Of a stretch of 35,564 nt of DNA, positions 14,868 to 23,974 are shown piece by piece. The stretch is from the IMG/VR virus record IMGVR_UViG_3300037558_000833, positions 1-35,564 of that record, one strand, 5' to 3'. A model generated the notes under the pieces. That model made no database searches, had not been told where the DNA came from, and was given only the letters and a program-made list of their open reading frames with translations. Within the stretch, counting starts at the first letter, position 1, and each line of letters starts with the position of its first letter. This DNA comes from a virus. Lineage: Duplodnaviria; Caudoviricetes. A program made the position numbers and the translations under genes.

Positions 14868-15992
14868 TTGATGCCGTTCATGCATATTGTTACAACATTG
14901 CTACCCCCCCCCCCCTTTAAGAGACACATGAGGCCCAACACGCTTTACAAGAATAAAGCAAGGAAGTTCTGGGCTGCCCAGCTTTACGCTGGTGGTAAGC
15001 GTATCCGGCGTAAAATCGCGGACTTTAGCGAACTGGTCGGTTTATCAGAAGAACAACAACAACAGTTGTTAGTAGGTAGGCTTGAGTCGTGTCGTGATGA
15101 GCTTGGCTTGCAAGAAAGCCCATTGCTGATGCTGTCTGCAGCGATCAAGCAATTCCTCGCTCACTGTCAAACTCGCAATAGCCCCCGCACCGTCTACACC
15201 TACACAGACTCGCTGAAACGCTGGCAACAGGCTACGAAACAGTATGCTATTGAGGATCACCAGCGTCGGTTTGCTGACCTGTTTGTTGCGCAAGAGCGAC
15301 ACCGTGGCTTAAATGACCGGACTATCAACCACCACATACGCAACGTTAATCGCTTTTTTTCTTGGGCTTTTGAAGAAGAACTGTTGTTAAAACCAGTAAA
15401 GCTTAAACAACTCCGCGCCGTCACTGTAGTGCCGCAAACCTGGAGTCGTGAACAGTTGGAATTGATACGCGAGTACATCGAAAGAAAGCTTACAGAAACA
15501 GGCTCACGCCGTTTCATCGCATTACAACGTGCGTTTTACTTGTTTCGCTACACAGGGATGCGTGCAACGGAAGCGATCAACCTGCGATGGGATCACATCA
15601 GCAAGCAAGGGATCTGGCTTGAAAGCAATGACAATTGGCAGACCAAGGGCAGGCGCGACGCCATCCTTCCGATAGCCAAGCCACTGGGCGCATTTTTGGA
15701 CAAAGAACCGCATGCAGGTGAAGTCTACGTTTGTGACAATGGTTCGGGCGGAAAGTTCTGGCGGGATTATTCGTCAGCAGGACACAGCTTTCAGAAAATG
15801 TTGGACCAGCTGGGGCTAAAAGGTCCCAAACGTACACACGGTTTTAGAGCTACTGTGGCTACAGAATTATTAGCTGCCGGCGAGTCACCAGTCCTGGTTC
15901 AAACGCTTCTACGACATCAGCAGATAAGTACCACCTTGGGGTATCTGAATACACAGGAAGTGCGGGTCCAGGGCCTTGTGGACAGGCTTTAA
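14868..15992 (+). CDS. int: Tyrosine integrase (start uncertain, 14868-14928)
   Basis: YTGMR, TKGRR, HGFR, LLRH..I.TT..Y catalytic residues and a SAM-like core-binding domain. Confidence 0.95.
   Translation: MMPFMHIVTTLLPPPPFKRHMRPNTLYKNKARKFWAAQLYAGGKRIRRKIADFSELVGLSEEQQQQLLVGRLESCRDELGLQESPLLMLSAAIKQFLAHCQTRNSPRTVYTYTDSLKRWQQATKQYAIEDHQRRFADLFVAQERHRGLNDRTINHHIRNVNRFFSWAFEEELLLKPVKLKQLRAVTVVPQTWSREQLELIREYIERKLTETGSRRFIALQRAFYLFRYTGMRATEAINLRWDHISKQGIWLESNDNWQTKGRRDAILPIAKPLGAFLDKEPHAGEVYVCDNGSGGKFWRDYSSAGHSFQKMLDQLGLKGPKRTHGFRATVATELLAAGESPVLVQTLLRHQQISTTLGYLNTQEVRVQGLVDRL
14904..14915 (+). repeat. C12 homopolymer tract
   Basis: Twelve consecutive C, ending 12 nt before ATG 14928. Confidence 0.9.
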
Positions 15993-16202
15993 GTGTTGCC
16001 AATACACTGAGAACAAGAACTGTTGCCAATGCGGGGAACCCAGACAACGTAAGGGATGTAGGCTTTTTAAGCGCATTATTCATAATCGCAAGGTCGGGAG
16101 TTCAAGTCTCCTCTCTGCTACCAACAAAATCAGTGACTTAGCGCACTCAGTAAAACCCAGAACGTCACCGCCCACACTGGCAACACTGAGAACAAGCAAC
16201 AC
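15992..16202. other. attP: core = 3' half of tRNA(CAT) (about 16078-16123) with arm-type repeats and an IHF-like site
   Basis: ATTCATAATCGCAAGGTC-GGGAG-TTCAAGT-CTCCT-CTCTGCT-A-CCA. ACACTGAGAACAAG at 16004 and 16183. AGTGTTGCCA at 15992, TGTTGCCA at 16021, inverted TGGCAACACT at 16178. AATCAGTGACTTA at 16128. Confidence 0.88.
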
Positions 16203-16361
16203 CTAAAAAAACCCAAAGCGCTTTTTGACCTGCTCACCTGTTTCTTTCGCCTTTCGAATCCTCTTATACATGACCACAGCGGGTATTGCGGCACCCATAC
16301 CCGTGGCCGCAAGTATCAACTCCAAACCACCTGAATCTACGATTGCGTTAAATAATTCCAT
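16203..16361 (-). CDS. Small membrane protein (52 aa), candidate lysis accessory
   Basis: Read directly, not in track: MELFNAIVDSGGLELILAATGMGAAIPAVVMYKRIRKAKETGEQVKKRFGFF. TGATG overlap with the endolysin stop. Confidence 0.7.
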   Translation of the reverse strand: MELFNAIVDSGGLELILAATGMGAAIPAVVMYKRIRKAKETGEQVKKRFGFF

Positions 16362-16771
16362 CAATACGTCCAGATTCGTTGTTTGCCGTCATCCAAATGT
16401 ATGAAGCGATTTGACCAATTTTTATCTTTTTGGCTTAAGCCCACACCTGAGAAATATTTGAGCGCTAGTCTTAGAAACGCCACTGCGTCACTCCCGGCAA
16501 TTAATACATCCACGGCGCGACCACGCGCATGATAACCACCAATCGGTAGCGGGTCACCATTGTGGTCGTATCTACGCGGTTTTGTACGCTCACGCGGATG
16601 ATCTGTAGTTCTGAAGGCGCTACTCAGATATATGGGCTGGCCCCAATCTAACCGCAGCTCTTCCAGCGCGGCCATGAACAGCGAATCCATTAACACCGGG
16701 GCGTCAGGCGCAAAGCTGCACTTGAGTTCATCGCGGCTGAAGTGTTTAGAACATTCAACTGTTTCACTCAT
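16361..16771 (-). CDS. Endolysin, peptidase M15A family
   Basis: HFS..E..C, SSAFR, H..G.AVD, FIHLD zinc-peptidase motifs. Confidence 0.9.
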   Translation of the reverse strand: MSETVECSKHFSRDELKCSFAPDAPVLMDSLFMAALEELRLDWGQPIYLSSAFRTTDHPRERTKPRRYDHNGDPLPIGGYHARGRAVDVLIAGSDAVAFLRLALKYFSGVGLSQKDKNWSNRFIHLDDGKQRIWTY

Positions 16772-17079
16772 AGCGTTATTTCACCTTTCTCGCATTGTTC
16801 TGCGTAGCGGGCGCCAGCGGCGCGACGTTCTTCTACCGTCAGTTTTACAACGTCAGTGAATAAATAATTTGCACGGAAACGATCTATGACACAGCTACAG
16901 CCTTCCACCGCATAGTTCTGAGCGAAATGCCGTGGCATGCCCTGGCGTTCAAACTGTGGCGCCATGATTTGTGCGCAGGCAGTTACCCAGTTCCAAAGAA
17001 ATGAAGTCTTGTATTCTAGTTCGGCAGGTTTGGATGCGTAGAGCGTGGCAGGTAATAGCAAAACGATGAAGGTTTTCAC
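16768..17079 (-). CDS. Secreted four-Cys hypothetical protein
   Basis: Signal-peptide-like MKTFIVLLLPATLYA. C...CSC...C. Confidence 0.65.
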   Translation of the reverse strand: MKTFIVLLLPATLYASKPAELEYKTSFLWNWVTACAQIMAPQFERQGMPRHFAQNYAVEGCSCVIDRFRANYLFTDVVKLTVEERRAAGARYAEQCEKGEITL

Positions 17080-17363
17080 TAGGACTTGCGTTCCATGCTC
17101 ATGATTGACTCATGAAGTTGGCTGATCGCTACCCGCATCTCAGAAAGCGTGATATTTGTCTGCTCCATTGTTTTGATGAGAGCTGCATTGCTTTCACGCA
17201 TTAGTGATCGAAGCTCATCATCGTTGCGACTGTCTTTGTCTAGGTGGATTTTACGCTCTTCAGCAAAACCGCGCAGAAGATACACGATTAGGTAACCTGC
17301 GAACGCAAGGCTAGCCATTGTCCCGCCTAAATCACCTAGTATCGCTACAAAATCTTCTGGCAT
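17079..17363 (-). CDS. Holin-like protein (one TM plus coiled coil)
   Basis: Hydrophobic LGGTMASLAFAGYLIVYLL followed by a coiled coil. First gene of the lysis cluster. Confidence 0.55.
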   Translation of the reverse strand: MPEDFVAILGDLGGTMASLAFAGYLIVYLLRGFAEERKIHLDKDSRNDDELRSLMRESNAALIKTMEQTNITLSEMRVAISQLHESIMSMERKS

Positions 17364-17389
17364 ATGCTCGGCCTGTTAATTAGTTTGGG

Positions 17390-18235
17390 TTAGCGGAAGA
17401 CTGCCAAACAGATGACAGGACTGTCCGTGTAAGTGCTTTGATCATTTCTACAGGTTGTAAATGTTACTCCATCAACTTCTGTAACAGCCAAAGTGTTACC
17501 AGATCTACCTAATAAGAATTGTCCACCATGTGCGGTTCCAGTGTCTGGTCTAGCAGATCCAACAACTGCATAATTTGTATCCGACATATTTGTACTAAAA
17601 TTTGCTTTGTACCATCCAGTACCATTACCTGTAATACTGCTAATATTAAAACTTCCCAGTATTGCAACTGTTCCTGTTCCATTAAAATTTACCCAGGCAC
17701 GGCATAGCTGACCACCTACCAGCCCAGGACTTAGCGCTTTGTTGGAAATGTAAAAAGCCACTGGATCGGTGCTTAGTGTTGCGCCTACAACACCAGACAA
17801 CGTAACGGTTGTGCCACTAATCGCTGAAACCGTAGTGCCTGGTGCGATACCTTCACCGACTACATAATCACCTACATTTATTCCTGTTGCAGACGCAACC
17901 GTCAGACTGTTAGAACCACTTGAAATCGTTCCAGTTGTGTTCGTTCCCGTGACTTCTGCCCTACTCGCAAAACCGGCTCCGATGTCTGCTAAGGAATTGC
18001 GCATTTCAACTGCTAGTAAATCACCAGCCGCGGCTCCTGTTGTCAGGACAACATCCGTCCCATTGGTTGCAGTAAAATCGGAACCACTACTAAGACGCAC
18101 ACCGTTCAAATACACTGAAATAAAGTTACCTGTGACATAACCAGAAGTTGCGAAGGTGGTCTGTGATGCCGTTGCCGTAAATTCTTGACGTGTCTCAGTT
18201 CCTGCTGGCGTTGGTACGCTTCCAATATATGACAT
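17390..18235 (-). CDS. Tail fibre / receptor-binding protein
   Basis: T/G/S-rich beta modules (FTATASQTTF...VYLNGVRL...DFTATNGT). C-terminal CRAWVNFNGT domain. Confidence 0.75.
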   Translation of the reverse strand: MSYIGSVPTPAGTETRQEFTATASQTTFATSGYVTGNFISVYLNGVRLSSGSDFTATNGTDVVLTTGAAAGDLLAVEMRNSLADIGAGFASRAEVTGTNTTGTISSGSNSLTVASATGINVGDYVVGEGIAPGTTVSAISGTTVTLSGVVGATLSTDPVAFYISNKALSPGLVGGQLCRAWVNFNGTGTVAILGSFNISSITGNGTGWYKANFSTNMSDTNYAVVGSARPDTGTAHGGQFLLGRSGNTLAVTEVDGVTFTTCRNDQSTYTDSPVICLAVFR

Positions 18236-18239
18236 CAGT

Positions 18240-18467
18240 CTAACTCACTGAAATTGCTTTTAATTCTTCGACACTGGTGGCCGTATCGCAAAGTTGGGTG
18301 ATGTCCCGAAGCCTGACTTTTTCCGCAATAATCGCAGTAGTGTCTGAGTTTGATTCCATAGCACGTTGAAACGCTACATCCTGCGCTTCTAGCAAGGGCT
18401 TTCTTTCTGCTCGTAACGAATCCTTTTTAATAACTTTAGCTTTTGCTAAATCAATCTCTATTTTCAT
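18240..18467 (-). CDS. Tail fibre assembly chaperone-like protein
   Basis: ATG 18467 in ATGA overlap. LRAER.PLL...D......K..LRDIT motif. Confidence 0.7.
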   Translation of the reverse strand: MKIEIDLAKAKVIKKDSLRAERKPLLEAQDVAFQRAMESNSDTTAIIAEKVRLRDITQLCDTATSVEELKAISVS

Positions 18468-18685
18468 GATCCCACTCCATCGTAGTCTGTGTCTAAATCT
18501 GGTGCTACCCAAGCATCTCTGAAGGTTCTGTCTTCTGGCAAATCGGTATGTTCGATAATCTTGAATTTGACTCCGGATGGACAATCTTTGAGGCATGTCT
18601 CCATTAAAGTAAGCCCACTATTAGGTGCTGGAATTAATACTGATATTGTATCAGAATCGGTTGGTTGAAAGACTGCTAGTTTCAT
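18464..18685 (-). CDS. Small tail-associated protein
   Basis: DLP.DR.FRDAW motif. AAGGA RBS. Confidence 0.7.
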   Translation of the reverse strand: MKLAVFQPTDSDTISVLIPAPNSGLTLMETCLKDCPSGVKFKIIEHTDLPEDRTFRDAWVAPDLDTDYDGVGS

Positions 18686-18694
18686 TTGGTTCCT

Positions 18695-19084
18695 TTATTG
18701 GATAACTGCAATTTGAATTGGGTCTTGAGGTGTGCCCGCACCACTAATATGTACACAACGAAAATGAAATTTATCAACTTCACATGCCGCATTGTCTGCT
18801 ACTATTACTGAATAGTTACTAGTTTCTGAAGACCCCACTACACTGCCCACTACAACGTATCTTATGTTCGGCATGTCGTGTTCAAAATTAACAGTGTATT
18901 CACTGTCAGCATTTTCAATAATACTTTCAATGTTTGCTGATTTGTAGATTGGCGGATTCGATGTCACGGCAGTTGTAGTGTCTGGGAAGTTAAACGTCCC
19001 ATCAAAAACAACGTATGCTCTACAAGCATAAACCGGAGCATCATCACCGTTCGGCAAGTTTGCTATATTCCTCGCATTACTCAT
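18695..19084 (-). CDS. Stand-alone paralog of the tail-fibre tip domain
   Basis: CRAYVVFDGT...S.NI.SI......YTVNF...MPN..YVVVGS parallels the C-terminus of 17390-18235. Confidence 0.7.
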   Translation of the reverse strand: MSNARNIANLPNGDDAPVYACRAYVVFDGTFNFPDTTTAVTSNPPIYKSANIESIIENADSEYTVNFEHDMPNIRYVVVGSVVGSSETSNYSVIVADNAACEVDKFHFRCVHISGAGTPQDPIQIAVIQ

Positions 19085-19124
19085 ACTATCTCCAGTAGTG
19101 CATCCGCTATTTTTCTGAAATTAC

Positions 19125-19484
19125 TCATTCGCTGATCTCCTCATATGAGCAGATACCTTCCAAATCGCTAGCTGCACTAGCCGTGAGTCGTAGTGAGTCA
19201 CCTTCTTCTAGGTAAATGCTGTTGTTGTTAATGACTTCTAAGGTTGAATCTGCAAATACTTGGATGGTTTTTACTAGGTGATATGCCGTTGAAGACCGAT
19301 ATAGATCCACAGTGACATCCGCGGCAACCGTCCCATCGACATTTGCAATCAACAGGGTATTCACCTTAAAGACTTTGCCACTAGATCCTGAGTTCGTAAC
19401 GATTGCCGCTGGACTTGTACCGATTGCTTGAACTGCGGTTTTGCCGGTAATCGTACCGACTGAAACGATGTTTGGTGCTGACAT
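19125..19484 (-). CDS. Conserved tail-region beta protein
   Basis: ANVDGT...IYLEEGDSL...SYEEI pattern common downstream of aquatic phage tail fibres. Confidence 0.75.
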   Translation of the reverse strand: MSAPNIVSVGTITGKTAVQAIGTSPAAIVTNSGSSGKVFKVNTLLIANVDGTVAADVTVDLYRSSTAYHLVKTIQVFADSTLEVINNNSIYLEEGDSLRLTASAASDLEGICSYEEISE

Positions 19485-19487
19485 AAA

Positions 19488-21473
19488 TTATCCGAATACA
19501 ATAGCCATTGCGATAGATTTACCTGTACTGATGCCGCCGCCGCTTGATTGATTAACAAAGCCTAAATTGCCACTGCCATCGGTCTTCAGTACCTGATCTG
19601 CGGAACCGTCTGCTGTAGGCCAAGAAAGCCCATCAAGAACAACTTTGCCCGTAGTGTGCGGTGTGATTGCAATATTTCCAGCCGACACGCTGACTATGCT
19701 ATTCCCGTTGACATCCAGGTTGCCGCCGAGCTGCGGTGTGGTGTCGCTGACCACATCTTGTAGTGCGCTGTCTGCTTTCGTGCCTTGGGCAGAAGTAGCA
19801 TAAGCCGTTGATGCTGTAGTTGCGGCTGTGCCCAGTCCAAGCGTTGACCGTTGTGCTGCAGCGTCTGCGTCATCTAACAGTGCTCGGCCTGCTGATGTAC
19901 AACTGATTTCTTCAATAACACCTGCACCGGCGCTGCTACGGCCAAGCACTTTGTCTGTGGCGGATACGTTTTGAATCTTGCTGTAGGTCACTGCGTCAGC
20001 GTCGATAGTCCAGGTAGCGCCAGAACTGCTGACCACGATGTCGCCCTTGTCGCCATCACTGATACCACCCGCGCTGACTGCTTCAAAGGCAGCACCACCG
20101 GAGCCGTCTGCTGTCAGTACATGGCCGTCAGATGCGCTTCCAGAACCCAAGGTGGCAGCATCTAAAGCACCCAAGCTAGTTTGTCCAGTGCCGCCATTGC
20201 CTACTGGCAAAGTGCCGGTAACATCTGCGGCTAGGTCTATTGCCCCCAGCGTAATGGCTTGTGTCGAAATACTTAGGTAGTCATGGCTACTAGTGACTAA
20301 GGTCACGTTTGTAGAATTGTCTGTCCCTGCCAAGTCTACACCTAAACTGGTGCGGGCAGTGGCACCTGATTCTGCTACAAAGGTGCTGCCGTTCCCTACG
20401 ATGATATTGCCATCAGTGACAGCTAGACCTGCGACTGCAGCTAGCTTGGCATTGTATGCCTGGACATCACTGCCTATTGCCAACCCTAACGCTGTTCGTG
20501 CTGCTGATGCGCTAGTAGCACCCGTGCCACCTAAAACGACGGGTACGGTCCCTGCCGTAATTACCTGGTTGCTGATCGTCAGGTAGTTACTGCTGACAGA
20601 AGCTAGGCTTGTCGTGACAGGTTCAAACGCGGAACCCGTGTAATACTTCAGGATGTTGGCGCTGGTGTCGTACCATAAGTCTCCTGCGTCAGCGCTACCG
20701 CTATACGGGTCACTACTGCCCGTTTTGTACTGTCCTTGAAAAGAAGCTAGGGCTGTTTCAGATGCCGTCTGTGCCGTTTCAGATGCCGTCTTTGCAGTCT
20801 CTGCCTGGGTCTTGAGTGTGCGCACCGTGGCAACGTCAACCAGCAACTCAAATTTATTCGTATCGGTCAGGCTGCTACCGGACGCGGCATCCACCTTGGT
20901 GAAGTACACGTTGTCATTACTGCTGTCGCGGATTAAGTCACGTACCACGTAGGCAGCGGTGGTGGTTGTGCCGTCACTACCTTTAAAGGTGCCAATTTCT
21001 TGCGTGGTGACAAAGGCACCAGTGCTGTCAAACGCCAGCAGCTTCCCTGCTAGGTCAGTGGTGCCAGATGCTAGCTTCAAGCTAGTCGTGCTGCTATCGC
21101 TGACGGTTTCTTCAAAGCCGACTGCACCTTCAATCTTGTTATCAAGTTGCTGGCACATCATCGTGAGCTTATCGAACGCCTTTTCTAAAGTCTCCGCATC
21201 GAGCGCATCGTTATTGACGTAATCAACGCCTTGCAGATAATCGGTTTCGCGGATCAATGACACGTTCACACCGCTACTAGGTGCTGTGCCAAACGTTACG
21301 GTGCCGGTAGCACCTGGTGCGGACAGCGTGTAGTGCGTCGTAATGGTTTGTAGCGTGCCACCTAGATGGACCTTGACCTGGCTGGATTCAGTGTATGGGA
21401 AGGTCACAGAGAAAGCGGTGGTGCTATTGTCACCTGTGTACTGAACTTTATTTCGTTTAACGCTTACGGTCAT
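19488..21473 (-). CDS. Tail fibre protein (T7 gp17-like N-terminal anchor)
   Basis: YTGD...F.V.F.Y......V...DKLTM..QQ N-terminus, followed by fibre repeats (GGTGAT.A..AR..LG, DTTPQLGGNLD). Confidence 0.88.
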   Translation of the reverse strand: MTVSVKRNKVQYTGDNSTTAFSVTFPYTESSQVKVHLGGTLQTITTHYTLSAPGATGTVTFGTAPSSGVNVSLIRETDYLQGVDYVNNDALDAETLEKAFDKLTMMCQQLDNKIEGAVGFEETVSDSSTTSLKLASGTTDLAGKLLAFDSTGAFVTTQEIGTFKGSDGTTTTAAYVVRDLIRDSSNDNVYFTKVDAASGSSLTDTNKFELLVDVATVRTLKTQAETAKTASETAQTASETALASFQGQYKTGSSDPYSGSADAGDLWYDTSANILKYYTGSAFEPVTTSLASVSSNYLTISNQVITAGTVPVVLGGTGATSASAARTALGLAIGSDVQAYNAKLAAVAGLAVTDGNIIVGNGSTFVAESGATARTSLGVDLAGTDNSTNVTLVTSSHDYLSISTQAITLGAIDLAADVTGTLPVGNGGTGQTSLGALDAATLGSGSASDGHVLTADGSGGAAFEAVSAGGISDGDKGDIVVSSSGATWTIDADAVTYSKIQNVSATDKVLGRSSAGAGVIEEISCTSAGRALLDDADAAAQRSTLGLGTAATTASTAYATSAQGTKADSALQDVVSDTTPQLGGNLDVNGNSIVSVSAGNIAITPHTTGKVVLDGLSWPTADGSADQVLKTDGSGNLGFVNQSSGGGISTGKSIAMAIVFG

Positions 21474-23974
21474 CTGTAGCCTCCGCCACGCGCAATCACG
21501 CTGCTTGGTGTCATGTCAAAACCAAAATAACTGTTGTAGTCCTGGTTGTTCTTTTGTTTAAATCTACGTTCCATGCGTTGCAGGCTGCCAGGGTTAAGGA
21601 TTTCTTGAACCTGGTAGTTAATCAGATAATCAAAAGCGGTGCGTGAAGCCCACCAGTTAGCGTAAGGAATATTTCCTTTGATTGCCCGCCAGCCCGCTGC
21701 CGCTGCGTCTACCGGATCGCCTCCTTTTGCCATGTCTACGGTAGCGGCCCCAAACTCTACAAGATCGTTGAGCGTTGAACCGCTTGGACCTGCAGCTAAA
21801 TCTAAGAAACTTGTGCTGTACTGCCGGTAGTCATTGAACAGGAAGTCGCCAGCAATACCACCGAAACCCGACTGTAGCACACTGCCAACGGCAACTTTGA
21901 CTAAGTCTAAAGGGTTATCTCCCCACTTGACTTCGCGGCCTTTCATTAAGTCTTTCATCGCCATTGCTCCGTACCCTACGGCGACCATTGGGGCAAGGTG
22001 CATCATCGCTGGGGCACCCATCTCGTAAGCCCTAGGCCATTGGCGAAACAACATAGTCAGACCAAAGCTACGGAACTGCCAGAAAAGCTTATTAGCCATT
22101 GCACTGCGAGTCCCTGCCTGGATTCCTTCATCGCCCGTAATAAACCGACCCATAAAAGCACGCTCGTTAGCCCCTGGCTGCAGAACAGCAAACTCGTTTT
22201 CTGTAATCAATACTTGCTGAATCTTTTCTGCTAACTGCTGGCTGCGTGGGATGGAATCGCCGGTGATGTTGCCTAGATCAATTTCATCAAAAACCCGTGT
22301 GGGACTAATGACATCAAGGCCATTAATCTTTTCAGTCGGTAAGCCGGCAACGTCTTTCCAGTCAGTATCAGTGATCCCATATCGCTCCAAAAGCCGCTTG
22401 TAGTTTGGGTTTAATTGGTCCCAACGTAACTTGGAAGCATCGGCCATGTCGCTGGCCATCAGATAGGCGGCACCTTCACGGTAGAAGTTTGTCCAGCCAC
22501 TCAGACCGTTGAGCCTAAAAAAATTATTGATGGCCCCTTGCATGTAATCAGTGGTGTCTCTTGCTCCTGACCAGCGGCTAGCTGCCGACCCAATAATCCC
22601 ATCAAAGCCCAGTCCCATCTTGCGGGCAAACATTTCAATTTCTTTGCTTTTGCCCCGCTGAATAAGGCGCATCACGCCGACATTCAAGAAAGCGTTGTAG
22701 TACGCTGTAAAGAAATTTTTACCATGATAATGCTGGGTGAACGCAACATAGATCGGATCTGTCGTGCTACTAAAAATTGCACTGCCCAGCTTGCTTAGAT
22801 TCTGAATTGCCGCAATGCCCTGAGTCATTTTATGACGGGCTGGGTTCGCTACTTCAAAGGCAGCTCCGCTGACCTGGTTATACTCAGACTTCAGCATTGT
22901 CCGTTGGTCTGGGTCAAAATCTTGGCGTTCCAACAAACGTTTAAAAGTGCCATCTGGATTGGCACCAAAAACCTTGATTAACTCCAAGCTGTCGCTCAGC
23001 CGCTCTACGCCTTGCACAATGGCTTGTACAGCGTTGCTGTGTCCGTATTTTTTGTTGTAGTCAATCCAAGCTGCAGAATCCTTGAAGTGTAGTTGACGGC
23101 TCTGACTGATCTTACTGCTAAGACTGCGGCGTCCCACACCTACTTCACTGACCAGTTCCACTGTCTGGCGCTTGCCGCTTTTAATGTTGTTGTAGACGGC
23201 TTCTAGAAACTCACGACGCTTGGCAGAGTCTGCACTAATAAAGGTGCGGCTTTCGTCTAACAACGGTTCAATGTCTCGTAACCAAGTGTCAAAACCGGCT
23301 TTGCCAATGGCTGCAGAGTCATGAGTCTGTGTCGTAACATGGTCATCAAGCCAACTGATCGGCACACCTTCGGCCTGAAGCTGATTAATCATATCGCGTT
23401 TTTCTTTCAGCACCGCTTCAGCCATCATGCGGGCTTCTGCATTACCGCTGGTGCCTAGCCCGTCAAACAATTCTTCAATTAGTGCAGTTTGAAACTCTTC
23501 ATCGTCAAACAGACCTTTACCAAATGGGAAGCGCCCAAACACGGTAGGGCGGCTAAGTTGCAGATTGTTTTTGCCAAAGACACTTAGAATGCGCCCATAG
23601 CGCAGCTTGCCCATTGCCACCTGTTTGCTGGCAATACTGTCTAGTGCTTCAAAACCACGCTTGGCGCTACCTACAAGCATCCGGCTTAGTGTCGCTTCTT
23701 TGTCGTTACCTGCGTCCATCTTCTTATCAAGCACTTCATTGGTGAAGACTTGGTTTTTGCGTGCGCGGCGTTTTTGTACCAACTCAAACTTATGTTTAGC
23801 GGTCAAGTCTTCTGCTACTTTGCGGAACTGAATCGTGTAATCACCGCGTGATTTTGCCCGAATGTTCTTTTGCTCATTCCGCAGTTGGTCAACCAGGTCT
23901 TTGGCTTCTGTTTCAGTCAGCCCAAATTTTGTGCTGTTGGCAACTCCAAGGCAGGGATCTATTTTTTTAGCCAT
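21470..23974 (-). CDS. Internal virion (ejection) protein, largest conserved core type
   Basis: 834 aa. R.LHFKD, KLGSA..SS..D, QF.SF, G.GG..GD motifs as in BPP-1/epsilon15-like core proteins. Confidence 0.8.
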   Translation of the reverse strand: MAKKIDPCLGVANSTKFGLTETEAKDLVDQLRNEQKNIRAKSRGDYTIQFRKVAEDLTAKHKFELVQKRRARKNQVFTNEVLDKKMDAGNDKEATLSRMLVGSAKRGFEALDSIASKQVAMGKLRYGRILSVFGKNNLQLSRPTVFGRFPFGKGLFDDEEFQTALIEELFDGLGTSGNAEARMMAEAVLKEKRDMINQLQAEGVPISWLDDHVTTQTHDSAAIGKAGFDTWLRDIEPLLDESRTFISADSAKRREFLEAVYNNIKSGKRQTVELVSEVGVGRRSLSSKISQSRQLHFKDSAAWIDYNKKYGHSNAVQAIVQGVERLSDSLELIKVFGANPDGTFKRLLERQDFDPDQRTMLKSEYNQVSGAAFEVANPARHKMTQGIAAIQNLSKLGSAIFSSTTDPIYVAFTQHYHGKNFFTAYYNAFLNVGVMRLIQRGKSKEIEMFARKMGLGFDGIIGSAASRWSGARDTTDYMQGAINNFFRLNGLSGWTNFYREGAAYLMASDMADASKLRWDQLNPNYKRLLERYGITDTDWKDVAGLPTEKINGLDVISPTRVFDEIDLGNITGDSIPRSQQLAEKIQQVLITENEFAVLQPGANERAFMGRFITGDEGIQAGTRSAMANKLFWQFRSFGLTMLFRQWPRAYEMGAPAMMHLAPMVAVGYGAMAMKDLMKGREVKWGDNPLDLVKVAVGSVLQSGFGGIAGDFLFNDYRQYSTSFLDLAAGPSGSTLNDLVEFGAATVDMAKGGDPVDAAAAGWRAIKGNIPYANWWASRTAFDYLINYQVQEILNPGSLQRMERRFKQKNNQDYNSYFGFDMTPSSVIARGGGYR

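Noticed and set aside
16040-16123. Complete tRNA gene
   Set aside because: Only the anticodon loop to CCA is tRNA-like. Upstream sequence cannot form the acceptor or D arms, so it is treated as the attP core.
16274-16312. Pseudoknot or HDV/theta-like ribozyme from overlapping dyads GGGTAT/ATACCC and TTGCGGC/GCCGCAA
   Set aside because: It lies inside the coupled 52-aa ORF and is not adjacent to the tRNA 3' end. The HDV topology could not be built.
16130-16312. 60-aa minus-strand ORF from the track
   Set aside because: It overlaps the attP arm and the better-coupled 52-aa ORF, and has no RBS.
20750-20805. 21-bp tandem repeat in the tail fibre
   Set aside because: It encodes ordinary heptads (AETAKTASETAQTASETA) of a coiled-coil stalk.
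17390-21473. Diversity-generating retroelement as in BPP-1
   Set aside because: No reverse transcriptase ORF, and no TR/VR nucleotide repeat pair seen.
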